Below, piece by piece: positions 8,937-17,814 of a stretch of DNA of 64,000 nucleotides. The position numbers were made by a program, and so were the translations under genes. This DNA comes from Spirochaetia bacterium (GTDB lineage: Bacteria > Spirochaetota > Spirochaetia > SZUA-6 > Fen-1364). The stretch spans positions 9,384 to 73,383 of the forward strand of contig JBEKQU010000001.1 of NCBI GenBank assembly GCA_049519415.1, read 5' to 3'. The notes below the pieces were generated by a model. It was not told the DNA's origin and did not search any database. It saw only the letters and a list, made by a program, of their open reading frames with translations. The stretch's first letter is position 1. Each line of letters begins with the position of its first letter.

Positions 8937-10106
8937 CTATTCCAGCAGGAGAAGCGCGGCCTGACGCGGCCCGCCCGTAACCACGGGCTGCCCGCCGCTG
9001 ATGATGCAGTCGATCTCCGTGCGCATTCCGAAATCATCCAGGTAGATCCCCGGTTCGATGGAGAAGCAGGCGCCCTCCGCAAGAATCCTATTGTCGGGGA
9101 ACTCCACGGAGTCGAGGTTCACCCCGAACCCGTGCACGCGCGCGCTAATGGAGTGTCCGGTCCTGTGCCGGATGCCCTTCGCGAATCCGCGATCGGCCAG
9201 CGCGGCCCTGGCTGCCTGGTCCACGTCCGCCCCGCTGACAGGGGTTTTTTCCGCAAGGCGGCGCTGGAGCAGGGAGACGGCTGCTTCCCGAGCCAGCCGC
9301 ACCGCCTCGAAAACCTCCCGCTGCCGGGGAGCCGGGGAAGCGGCGCACACGCCCACCCACGAGATGTCTGCAAACACGGACCCCGGCGCCTTCTCCCGCG
9401 CCCAGATGTCGAACTGCACCACGTCTCCCTGCTCCAGCGCCGCGCCGGAACCCGCGGCCTGGAAATGCGGGTCGGCCGTATGCCTGCCCGCCCCGACGAT
9501 GGGCGGGCCGTCGATGACGAGCCCCGCGCTGGCAATGGCCTCCACGATCCAGTCGCGCACGTCGCCCTCGGTGAGGACCCGGCCTTCGCGTAACATCCGG
9601 GAGAGCCGGGCCCACGCATCGGCAACGGTCGCGTAGAGCACCCGGGCCGCGGCTTCGTGGGATCTCCTGCCTTCATCGTCGATGGTCCCGAGGCAGCTCG
9701 ACACAAGGCTCTCCGACGGGACAAGCGACGCGCCGAGGGATTGGAGAAGCCGCGCGGTGCCGTGATCGAGGAACGACCCGACCGGAATGGATTCCGAATA
9801 ATCGACCGCGATCCTTCCTTTTTCCGGCAGCGCGCTCCGCAGCGCCCGGACGAACTCCTCCCGAGTGTAATAGGGAATGGTTTCGCCCGGCAGGTGATCG
9901 AGGATGGACGCCTCAATGCGATGCACGATCTTGATCGGCTGCCGATCCAGGGAAAGGACGCACACCCACGGCCGGGTATTGGAGCGCTCCCGCGGAACCT
10001 CCAGCGCGAGATCGGCGATCTCGTCCCGGTGAAAGACGTTGTAAAAAAGCCATCCCGAGAGCCCCTGCTCACCGAGGGCTTTGCGTGTTTTCTCTCTATC
10101 GATCAT
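8937..10106 (-). CDS. M24-family metallopeptidase (Xaa-Pro aminopeptidase / prolidase-like)
   Basis: Creatinase/prolidase N-domain plus pita-bread fold blocks (HRTGHSI...; GMRTEIDCII); 389 aa. Confidence 0.7.
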   Translation of the reverse strand: MIDREKTRKALGEQGLSGWLFYNVFHRDEIADLALEVPRERSNTRPWVCVLSLDRQPIKIVHRIEASILDHLPGETIPYYTREEFVRALRSALPEKGRIAVDYSESIPVGSFLDHGTARLLQSLGASLVPSESLVSSCLGTIDDEGRRSHEAAARVLYATVADAWARLSRMLREGRVLTEGDVRDWIVEAIASAGLVIDGPPIVGAGRHTADPHFQAAGSGAALEQGDVVQFDIWAREKAPGSVFADISWVGVCAASPAPRQREVFEAVRLAREAAVSLLQRRLAEKTPVSGADVDQAARAALADRGFAKGIRHRTGHSISARVHGFGVNLDSVEFPDNRILAEGACFSIEPGIYLDDFGMRTEIDCIISGGQPVVTGGPRQAALLLLE

Positions 10107-10124
10107 ATGAGGGAGCCGGACTCT

Positions 10125-10538
10125 TCAGAAGTCCTTGGCCACTTCCTGGATGTCGAACTTGCTCGTGAGGTCCGCGGAGGTTTCCATGACCCCCCACGCG
10201 GGGGAACCATAGTTGTCGGGCACGTAGAGACTGATGTGATCGAACTTCCCATCCACCCAGACGATGGCGCAATAGGGGTACGCGCGATCGTTGCCATAGA
10301 TGATTTCCGCCTTTGAAGCGGGGCCCTTGTTGAACCACGTAACGGGGACGTAGATCTCCCCAATCTGGGAATGGCTGTTCCAGAACTGCAGCACGTAGCC
10401 GAGCTGGTGCATCCAGACTTTCATGAGCGGCACGGTTTTTACATAGGCGTCCTTGGGGTATGACTGCTCCTGGGCAAACGCCGGAAGGCTCAACAGCATC
10501 AGAACGATAGCAGCCAATAGCATGCCGCGCTTCTTCAT
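10125..10538 (-). CDS. Small secreted hypothetical protein
   Basis: Start chosen at MKKRGMLLAAIVLMLLSLPAFA, a classic Sec signal peptide (AFA-QE cleavage site). The frame is GC3-rich. Confidence 0.45.
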   Translation of the reverse strand: MKKRGMLLAAIVLMLLSLPAFAQEQSYPKDAYVKTVPLMKVWMHQLGYVLQFWNSHSQIGEIYVPVTWFNKGPASKAEIIYGNDRAYPYCAIVWVDGKFDHISLYVPDNYGSPAWGVMETSADLTSKFDIQEVAKDF

Positions 10539-10713
10539 CCGCAGCCTCCTGATCCTTTCTCCACGCTCCCCTCCTCGCGGTCGCGGGCCCCGCACGTCGG
10601 CTAGTCCAGCCCGCTGCTCTATATAATAGCGGTTTCCGGGGCCATTTCAAGGTGGATCGGAGCGCAGCCCTCGGTCCCCCGTGTAAGCGATGGAACGCGC
10701 CGCGCGCCGTTCC

Positions 10714-11652
10714 TTACAGTGTTGCCAGCATCAGGGCCTTGATGGTGTGCTTGCGGTTCTCCGCCTGGTCCCAGACCCGGGACCGGGGACCCTCGATCAC
10801 CGCCTCCGTGACTTCCTTGCCCTTCACGGCAGGCAGGCAGTGCAGAAAGATGGCGTTCCTGTTGCCGGTTTTCTCCATAAGGCCTTCATTCACCTGGTAG
10901 GGGGAGAGCAGCGCTATACGCTCCGCGCTCTTCTCCTCCTCCCCCATGGACACCCATACGTCGGTGTAAATGGCGTCCGCCCCCTTCACGCCGTCCGCCG
11001 GATCGCTCTCTACGCTGACCGTCCCGCCGGTCTTTGCGGCCATGGCCTTGGCCCATTCCACATGGTCCGCGACCGGGAACAGGGACCGCGGAGCAACAAT
11101 CGAAATATGCACCCCCATTTGGGAACAGCCAATGAGCAGCGTATGGGCCACATTGTTTCTTCCGTCGCCGATAAATACCAGCTTCCGACCCTTCAGGACC
11201 CCAAAGATCTCCTCCATGGTCATGAGGTCGGCCAGGACCTGGGTGGGATGCCAGTCATCGGTCAGACCATTATAGACGGGCACGCCCGACCATTGGGCCA
11301 GGGTTTCCACCGTGGCCTGCTTGAAGCCGCGGAACTGGATGGCGTCGAACATCCGGCCGAGCACCCGAGCCGTGTCCTCAAGGGCTTCCTTCACCCCGAG
11401 GTGGATGTCCGCCGTGGAGAGGAACACCGGATGCCCGCCCTCCTCTCCGAAGGCCGTCTCGAACGCGCAGCGAGTGCGCGTGGAGCGCTTCTCAAAGAGC
11501 AGCGCAAGGGTCTTGCCCTGGAAGCGCTGCGGCCGCTTTCCGCCGCGGCCTTCCCTCTTCACCTTGTGAGAAAGGTCCAGGACGCGGCGCACCTCCTCGG
11601 GTGTCCAGTCCTTGAGCGTGAGCAGGGACCTTCCCTTCATGTTCACCGCCAT
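10714..11652 (-). CDS. argF: Ornithine carbamoyltransferase
   Basis: STRTRCAFE carbamoyl-phosphate motif and HCLPA ornithine-binding motif. Start at MAVNMKGRSLLTLKDW. Confidence 0.85.
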   Translation of the reverse strand: MAVNMKGRSLLTLKDWTPEEVRRVLDLSHKVKREGRGGKRPQRFQGKTLALLFEKRSTRTRCAFETAFGEEGGHPVFLSTADIHLGVKEALEDTARVLGRMFDAIQFRGFKQATVETLAQWSGVPVYNGLTDDWHPTQVLADLMTMEEIFGVLKGRKLVFIGDGRNNVAHTLLIGCSQMGVHISIVAPRSLFPVADHVEWAKAMAAKTGGTVSVESDPADGVKGADAIYTDVWVSMGEEEKSAERIALLSPYQVNEGLMEKTGNRNAIFLHCLPAVKGKEVTEAVIEGPRSRVWDQAENRKHTIKALMLATL

Positions 11653-12965
11653 TGCAGCCTCGCTTTCAGGATGTCTTCCAGGTTCGGGGTCCCGAGCTCC
11701 TGCAGCTCGTAGCGCACCCGCAGCATGGGCTTGTCTATTCTGATGATCCGGGTGAGATCCACCGGAGTTGCCACGATGACAAGGTCGCACGGCACCCGGC
11801 GGATCGTATCCTCCAGGTCGCGCACCTGCTCCTCTCCATAGCCCACGGCAGGGAGAAGCGCCCCAATGCCGGGGTACTTGTCGAACGTCTCCTTGATCTT
11901 GCCCGTGACGAAAGGCCGCGGGTTGACCATCTCCCCTGCTCCGTGCTTCCGCGCGGCAACGGTTCCCGAGCCGTAGGCCATCTCTCCATGGGTGAGGGTC
12001 GGCCCATCCTCCACCACGAGCACCCGCTTGCCGCGTATCTCCGCGGCCCTGTCGACAAAAATCGGCGACGCGGCGTCCACCACCTGGGCCCGGGGGTTGA
12101 CGGCTCGAATGCTGGCCCGCACCTTCTCAATGCCGGCGGGGCTGGCCGTGTCCATCTTGTTGATCACAATCACATGGGCCATGGCAAGGTTCACCCTCCC
12201 GGGGAAATACGTCAGCTCGTGTCCTGGCCTGTGGGGATCCACCACCGTGATGTGCACATCCGGCGCGTAAAAGGGGAGGTCGTTGTTGCCGCCGTCCCAC
12301 AGGATCGTGTCCGCCTCCTTTTCCGCCTCTTCCAGGATCGCGGCATAATCCACGCCTGCATAGACGATAAAGCCTTCCTCGATATGGGGCTCGTACTCCT
12401 CCATCTCCTCGATGGTGCATTTGTGGCGCTTCATGTCGTCCAGCGTGGCAAAGCGCTGCACCTTCTGCTCCGAGAGATTGCCGTACGGCATGGGGTGACG
12501 GATCACGACGGGCTTCCTCCCCATTGCCTTCAGCACCCGCGCCACCCGGCGCGTGGTCTGGCTCTTGCCGCTGCCCGTTCGGACCGCGCACACGGCGACA
12601 ACGGGGACCCGGGCTTTCAGCATGGTCGTCGCCGCGGCCAGGAGCCTGAAATCGCCGCCGAGCGCGATCACCCGGGAGGCCTGCTCCATCACGTGCTGGT
12701 GCGAGACGTCGGAGTAGGAGAACACCGCTTCATCGATCTTTTGTTGACGGAAGAGATCCTCAAGGCTCGATTCCGGCACGATGGGGATCCCCTCTGGATA
12801 GAGCTTTCCGGCAAGGTCGGGCGGGTATCTGCGGCCCGCGATGTCCGGGATCTGCGTGGCGGTGAACGCAACGACGCGCGCGGAGGGATTGTCGCGGAAG
12901 ACGCAGTTGAAGTTGTGGAAGTCCCGTCCCGCGGCGCCCATGATGACGACGCTTCGTGCTGCCAT
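11643..12965 (-). CDS. COG2403-type predicted P-loop NTPase (cyclic 2,3-diphosphoglycerate synthetase-like family)
   Basis: 440 aa with an N-terminal Rossmann-like region (VVIMGAAGRDFHNFN) and a central Walker A motif (VRTGSGKSQTT), the architecture of the cDPG-synthetase / COG2403 family. Its stop lies 6 nt upstream of the argF start. Confidence 0.55.
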   Translation of the reverse strand: MAARSVVIMGAAGRDFHNFNCVFRDNPSARVVAFTATQIPDIAGRRYPPDLAGKLYPEGIPIVPESSLEDLFRQQKIDEAVFSYSDVSHQHVMEQASRVIALGGDFRLLAAATTMLKARVPVVAVCAVRTGSGKSQTTRRVARVLKAMGRKPVVIRHPMPYGNLSEQKVQRFATLDDMKRHKCTIEEMEEYEPHIEEGFIVYAGVDYAAILEEAEKEADTILWDGGNNDLPFYAPDVHITVVDPHRPGHELTYFPGRVNLAMAHVIVINKMDTASPAGIEKVRASIRAVNPRAQVVDAASPIFVDRAAEIRGKRVLVVEDGPTLTHGEMAYGSGTVAARKHGAGEMVNPRPFVTGKIKETFDKYPGIGALLPAVGYGEEQVRDLEDTIRRVPCDLVIVATPVDLTRIIRIDKPMLRVRYELQELGTPNLEDILKARLQWR

Positions 12966-13005
12966 AATGAATCACCTTTCCAGATTGACGGGGGCGCCGG
13001 GCGTT

Positions 13006-13845
13006 TCAGCGGTCCGCGCGCGCGCCCTGCTTGTTGTCGTCCTCTACCGGCTCGCCGCCGTCGCAGCATGTGTCGTAGATCAGCACCTTGCCGGGATCTC
13101 CGGCCTGCACGCTGGCATGGCTCCCGAAGGTGGGGAGGAGCAGCTCGGGCTGCATGACCTCCCCCGGGGCGCCGAAAGCCACGAGGGTGCGGTTGAGGAG
13201 CATGATCCGCGCAAAGTGCTCCGCCGCGACGTCCAGGTCGTGCGTGGACACCAGCAGCGTCACCCCGCGCTCGGTGAGGCCGCGCAGGATCACGAAGATG
13301 CCTCTCTGGCTGCCGACATCCAGGCCCGTGAAAGGCTCGTCCATGAGCACAATCTCCGCCTCCTGAGCGAGGGCGCGGGCGATGAACACCCGCTGCTTCT
13401 GCCCCCCCGACAGCTCGCCGATCTGCCGCTGCGCCAGCTCCTCCATGTTCACCATTTCCAGGCACTGGTAAACGTGGCTCCTGTCCGCCCGGCGGGGACG
13501 ACGGAACATGCCGATCCTGCGCGTGCGGCCCATCATCACGACGTCGAACACGGTGACGGGAAAGCTCCAGTCCACGATGCTGGCCTGCGGCACGTACGCT
13601 ATGCACGTGTGGCTGTCCGTCGCGCTTCCGTACACCGTGATCCTTCCCGCCTGGCGCTCGATGATGCCGGAGATGGCCCGGAAGAGCGTGCTTTTCCCCG
13701 CGCCATTGGGTCCCACCACCGCCACGGAATCGCCCTTGCGCAGGGCGAAGGAGACTGCCTCCAGGGCGATCGTTCCGCCCAGGATGACGCGAAGGTCGGT
13801 CACTTCCAGCGCGGGAAAGGAAGGATCGTGGGAAACACCCGTCAT
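13006..13845 (-). CDS. ABC transporter ATP-binding protein, metal (Zn/Mn) importer type (ZnuC/MntB-like). It is an orphan: no permease or binding-protein gene is adjacent.
   Basis: Walker A GPNGAGKST, ABC signature LSGGQKQR, Walker B ILMDEPFTGLD. The length and spacing are those of ZnuC/TroB-class ATPases. Confidence 0.75.
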   Translation of the reverse strand: MTGVSHDPSFPALEVTDLRVILGGTIALEAVSFALRKGDSVAVVGPNGAGKSTLFRAISGIIERQAGRITVYGSATDSHTCIAYVPQASIVDWSFPVTVFDVVMMGRTRRIGMFRRPRRADRSHVYQCLEMVNMEELAQRQIGELSGGQKQRVFIARALAQEAEIVLMDEPFTGLDVGSQRGIFVILRGLTERGVTLLVSTHDLDVAAEHFARIMLLNRTLVAFGAPGEVMQPELLLPTFGSHASVQAGDPGKVLIYDTCCDGGEPVEDDNKQGARADR

Positions 13846-13887
13846 AAAACAAATCTAACGGGACAACGGCGTCATGGCAAGGGCTGT

Positions 13888-14673
13888 TCAATACCGCAGG
13901 TGCTTCACCTTCTCCCCGCTCTTCTGCAGCGACTCCATCGTCGCTATGCCCAGCTCCAGGTGCATGTCGGAGAACTTGGTGTTCACCTCCCGGTCCATCT
14001 CCTCAGTCTTGATGCCTTCGGGGATCACGGGAACGTCTGAAACTAGGAGCAGCGCGCCCCGGGGAATCTCGTTGTGGTGCCCGACGAGGAACAGGGTTGC
14101 CGTCTCCATGTCGATGCCGATCGCGCGCATCTTCAGCAAGTAGTCCTTGAACGCCTCATCGTGCTCCCAGACCCTGCGGTTGGTCGTGTACACGACCCCT
14201 GTCCTGTAATCCTGGTCCTTCTTGACGATCTCCTCGGCGACCAGGGCGTGGAGCCGGAAGGAGGGAAGCGCCGGGATCTCGATGGGAAAGTAGTCAAGGC
14301 CCGTGCCTTCTCCCCGGATGGCCGCGATGGGAAGCACGAAATGGCCGAGGTCCACGCTCTTCTTCAATCCCCCGCACTTTCCCAGGAACAGCACGGCGTC
14401 GGGATGAACCGCGCTCAGCAGATCCATGATCGTGGCGGCGTTCGGCGATCCGATCCCGAAGTTCACGATCGTGATCCCCGAAGCGCTGGTGCACGCCTGC
14501 ATCGGGCCGCCGATCCCCTTGACCGGGGCCGAAAACCGGTTGCTGAACTTCTGCACATAGGCGAAGAAATTGGTAAGCAGGATCAGTTTGCCGAATTCCT
14601 CCAGCGGCATGCCGGTGTATCGGGGCAGCCAGTTCTGCACGATCCTCTCGCGCGAGGACGATTCCGTTGTCAT
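13888..14673 (-). CDS. PNP/UDP-phosphorylase-family protein, probably a short-form AMP nucleosidase
   Basis: GIDMETATLF phosphorylase-family motif; 261 aa. Confidence 0.6.
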   Translation of the reverse strand: MTTESSSRERIVQNWLPRYTGMPLEEFGKLILLTNFFAYVQKFSNRFSAPVKGIGGPMQACTSASGITIVNFGIGSPNAATIMDLLSAVHPDAVLFLGKCGGLKKSVDLGHFVLPIAAIRGEGTGLDYFPIEIPALPSFRLHALVAEEIVKKDQDYRTGVVYTTNRRVWEHDEAFKDYLLKMRAIGIDMETATLFLVGHHNEIPRGALLLVSDVPVIPEGIKTEEMDREVNTKFSDMHLELGIATMESLQKSGEKVKHLRY

Positions 14674-14685
14674 ACCTTCGCCTCC

Positions 14686-15906
14686 TCAGGGGCTTTCGAA
14701 AATGGGCGTGCCTTCCCAGGACAGAAATGAGCAGCGCGTGAAATCCTGGCTGAGCAGCGCCACGTCCGCATCATAGCCGGCAAGCAGCGCGCCCTTGCGC
14801 GGGAATCCCAAAAGCCGCGCGGGATTCAGCGTCGCCATTGCCACGGCATTCGCGACGGGAACATGAAACTCGTGAATAAGGCGCGCCAGACCGTCGGGGA
14901 CCAGCAACCGGGAGCCCACCAGCACGCCCGAGTCCGCGTAGTACAGTCCGGCGCCGCGCGCTGACAGCGGCCTGTTGTACAAGCGCCCGACCGGCTCCCC
15001 GGGCGCCAGCCCCGCGGGGGCCACCGCATCGGAAATCGCCACGATCCGCTCCCACGGCCGGCACTGCAGCGCAAGCCGCACCGCAGCATCGTGCACGTGC
15101 GTGCCATCGCAGTTCAGCTCCGTGTGTACCTCTTTATTGAGGAGAGCCCACTGAGCGAGACCAGGCTCCTTGTGCGAGACCCCGCTCATTCCGTTGAAGA
15201 GGTGCGTGACGCCCAAGGGCGAGATGCCCTCACAGGAGCGCAGCGAATCATAGGAGGCATTGGAATGCCCCAGGGACGGAAGAATGCCAGCCGCCAGAAG
15301 CCGTTCGATGACCTCATGGGAACCGGGAAGTTCGGGAGCGATGGTGAGGACCCGAAGTGTCCCCTGGGAGATCGCGATCATCCGGTTCAGGTATTCGATT
15401 GAAGGAGCCCGGACAAGTTTCTCCGGTATTGCCCCTCGCCTTGCCGCGGAAACAAAAGGGCCTTCCACGTGGATTCCCGGGATTCGTCCCCTCAGGACCG
15501 GTGCGTCCCGGACGGAGTTGAGCGCCTCGCCAAGGGAAGCGATGTACTGCTCGTCGGATACGATGGTGGGAAGGAACGCGCCGATCCCCCGCTGGGCCAG
15601 GAACCGACCCATCTGCGCGAGCGATTGCGCGGTCATTTCTTCCGTGCTCACCCCGCCGCATCCGTGGATGTGGGTCTCCCAGAGAGCGGGACATGCGCGC
15701 GTCCCCTCCGCGGCGATCCTTCTGCAGCCGTCCGGCAGCTTCTCCGGAAGCCGGTCCTCAGGACCCGCAAAGAGGATCGTGCCCTCATCAGCAAGCACCG
15801 CGCCCTTCCTGATCACCCTGTCAGGAAGGATGACGTCGCACCCATGGAGCAGGAAAGCGCGAGGTCTTTTCGCACGTGCCACAAGCCGAATATATGGAAG
15901 AAACAT
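14686..15906 (-). CDS. nagA: N-acetylglucosamine-6-phosphate deacetylase
   Basis: Amidohydrolase fold with HIHG and IHVEGPF blocks characteristic of NagA; 406 aa. Confidence 0.8.
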   Translation of the reverse strand: MFLPYIRLVARAKRPRAFLLHGCDVILPDRVIRKGAVLADEGTILFAGPEDRLPEKLPDGCRRIAAEGTRACPALWETHIHGCGGVSTEEMTAQSLAQMGRFLAQRGIGAFLPTIVSDEQYIASLGEALNSVRDAPVLRGRIPGIHVEGPFVSAARRGAIPEKLVRAPSIEYLNRMIAISQGTLRVLTIAPELPGSHEVIERLLAAGILPSLGHSNASYDSLRSCEGISPLGVTHLFNGMSGVSHKEPGLAQWALLNKEVHTELNCDGTHVHDAAVRLALQCRPWERIVAISDAVAPAGLAPGEPVGRLYNRPLSARGAGLYYADSGVLVGSRLLVPDGLARLIHEFHVPVANAVAMATLNPARLLGFPRKGALLAGYDADVALLSQDFTRCSFLSWEGTPIFESP

Positions 15907-15961
15907 AATCTCGGGAAGGCTGCCCGCAGCCCTCGGCGTCGTGGTTGAAGAGACGCGATTC

Positions 15962-15990
15962 TTGACACGTTTCCGGGGAATGGCTATAGT
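15962..15990 (+). promoter_or_regulatory. Sigma70-type promoter driving the tRNA-Leu gene
   Basis: Consensus -35 TTGACA (15962-15967), a 17-nt spacer, and -10 TATAGT (15985-15990). This places the transcription start a few nt before the tRNA 5' end at 16003. Confidence 0.6.
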
Positions 15991-16002
15991 CGCGTCCTAC
16001 CC

Positions 16003-16087
16003 GCTGCGGTGGTGGAATTTGGTAGACACGCTAGCTTGAGGGGCTAGTGCCCGAAAGGGTGTGCTGGTTCAAGTCCAGTCCGCAGCA
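16003..16087 (+). tRNA. tRNA-Leu (anticodon GAG), class II with a long variable arm; CCA is not encoded
   Basis: Folded by eye. The 7-bp acceptor stem is GCTGCGG/CCGCAGC and the D-arm is GTGGAATTTGGTAGACAC. The anticodon stem is CTAGC/GCTAG with loop TTGAGGG, giving anticodon GAG. The long variable arm is TGCCCGAAAGGGTGTG. The T-arm GCTGG-TTCAAGT-CCAGT is followed by discriminator A. Confidence 0.85.
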
Positions 16088-16396
16088 TCTAATATCTTGA
16101 TTTATAAAGAATTGCGGAGCCAACAAATACAACGGTACGTTGTATTTCCAAGAGTGACACTATCTGTGACATTATTGCTGCAACCACCTTCCGATGGCAA
16201 ATCCTTGCCAATTTCTGCAAGCAAATGACCGTTACTGTAAGACTCATCATGTAGCGCTAGCGTGGTAAACTAGCGGGAGCGTTTCGAACCATCAAGGTCA
16301 GGCAATACATGAATGACCTGGGGCCGGGCACTTGCCGGATGAGCGAAGAAGGCATATTCTTTGGGTGGTGGGATGTCCCACCAATCAGGAGGCTGC

Positions 16397-16645
16397 ATGG
16401 CACCGGTCAAGGAGTACGATGCTCGGATCGATGTGAAGAAGAGGGTCACCCTTCGCGGGGCTCGGTACAATCATTACCATGTCAAGGAGTATTCTGATGG
16501 GCGGATCGTGCTCGAACCGCGCGTCCTTGCCGCGCCATTCGAAGTATCGAGAAAAGCGCTCGCGCAGATGGACTCGAGCATGAAGAATCTCAAGAAGGGC
16601 AAGGCATCGAAGCCCCTCGACCTCGCCGTCTTCAGCGTCAAGTAG
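16397..16645 (+). CDS. Small AbrB/MazE/SpoVT-type (swapped-hairpin) DNA-binding or antitoxin-like protein
   Basis: 82 aa. AGGAGG lies 6 nt upstream of the ATG. The RVTLRGARYNHYHVKEYSDGRIVLEPRV segment resembles the looped-hinge-helix fold of AbrB/MazE. The gene sits in a low-GC patch immediately after the tRNA. Confidence 0.35.
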   Translation: MAPVKEYDARIDVKKRVTLRGARYNHYHVKEYSDGRIVLEPRVLAAPFEVSRKALAQMDSSMKNLKKGKASKPLDLAVFSVK

Positions 16646-16699
16646 GGAAGATAGTCCGTGTTCTCAATCCGCTTGGGCGTTCCCGGGATATAATTGCGC

Positions 16700-17470
16700 T
16701 GGAAGGACCTTTGCGAAAAAGCTGCTGCCGGCAAGATCAGTGCGGAGGAAAAGGGGCTCCACAAGAAGTGGGGCAAGGCCATGGCACTTCTCGCTTCTGA
16801 TCCACGACATCCGGGACTGAACAGCCACGAAGTAGGGCCGTTGAGCCGCCGATACGGCGAAAGAGTCTGGCAGTCAGGATCAGGACGACGAAGGACGAGT
16901 GAGTCCCAGCTGTGGTCGTGCTCTTTGCTTTCATGGATATTCGCCCCTGAGAGAACCAGACCCAGAGGAACTCCATTCTGGTCCACGATGTTATGTTGCT
17001 TGGTGCCCAACTTTCCCCGATCGGTAGGGTTTTCCCTATTTTTTCCCTACAAAGGGGCTGAGACCGTTTAGCTGTCCAAGATCTACCACCGCCAAGCGAT
17101 TCCCTTCAGCTCGTTATATTCCTTCAGGCAGTGAACCCACATCTTGCGGATTACCTCTTGCTCAGCACAGTACTGGAAATAGCGGTGAGTCGTCGTTCCG
17201 GCGTAGTACTCCCGAGTGAGCATCTTCCACTGACAGCCGGTCCGCAGAACGTAGAGAATTCCATTCAATATCTTTCGCGGCTCTGCGGCTGGCCTTCCTC
17301 GCCGAGTTTTCCTCCTCTTCGGCTTCGGAATGTACGCCTTTATGGCATCCCAGAACTCATCGCTGATGTCTGGCCATCCTGGCCGCCGAGTAAGTGGCTT
17401 CCTGTTCTCCTTCTGTCGCAATGTATTTCCCCTCTCCGAGGAGAAACGGAGCAATAAATCTCCAGAAAGT
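16700..17470 (-). mobile_element. Decayed IS5-family (IS427/IS1031-like) insertion sequence. orfA is intact, and the DDE orfB is reduced to frameshifted fragments.
   Basis: The 17083..17454 ORF encodes the DUF4096-type IS5 N-terminal domain. An ORF beginning at 17010 opens with the DDE-domain block GTKQHNIVDQNGVPLGLVLSGANIHES and then loses similarity. Weaker transposase-like stretches (YRRL, WVWF..) appear in other frames down to about 16740. The boundaries are approximate. Confidence 0.55.
17083..17454 (-). CDS. IS5-family transposase orfA (DUF4096-type N-terminal DNA-binding part); no functional DDE partner
   Basis: The translation (DEFWDAIKAYIPKPKRRKTRRGRPAAEPRKILNGILYVLRTGCQWKMLTREYY...THRYFQYC) is the highly conserved IS5/IS427 N-terminal domain. 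Confidence 0.7.
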   Translation of the reverse strand: MLRFSSERGNTLRQKENRKPLTRRPGWPDISDEFWDAIKAYIPKPKRRKTRRGRPAAEPRKILNGILYVLRTGCQWKMLTREYYAGTTTHRYFQYCAEQEVIRKMWVHCLKEYNELKGIAWRW

Positions 17471-17814
17471 CTAGCATTTTAGGGACGCACTCTTAGCAGC
17501 AAGCCAGGCCTGCGTGCGAGCGGCAGAGCCGCTGTCCGTCGGGCAGCATCCCCGAAGGGGGCTGGAGCCGGGGCTAGGCCGCTTATTGAAGATCATTGAT
17601 CACCATCAATCCCTCCTGGGAGCTTCTGTTCAGTTTCACTGCGGCAGCGAGAATGGAGGCGCGGCGTACAGGCGCCGTCGCGGCCTTTCTTCTCTTCCGC
17701 GCACGGCGGGCCTGCATACGGACATGCTTCGCACGTGAATCGTGGAACAAAGTATTGTGGAAGCGGCTCCCGGGAGCTATGCTCGCGGGGTACCCCATCC
17801 CAGAGGAGGTCGAA

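Noticed and set aside
9119-10072. 317-aa alternate-frame ORF over the M24 peptidase gene
   Set aside because: Arg/Ser/Pro-rich nonsense frame. The peptidase frame has conserved pita-bread blocks.
11652-13157. 501-aa plus-strand ORF antisense to the COG2403 and ABC ATPase genes
   Set aside because: There are no recognisable motifs and the composition is extremely Arg/His/Gly-rich. The opposite strand encodes two proteins with clear Walker motifs.
12689-13891. 400-aa minus-strand ORF in an alternate frame over the ABC ATPase gene
   Set aside because: The frame is low-complexity and Arg/Gly/Pro-rich, and the ABC ATPase frame carries all the diagnostic motifs.
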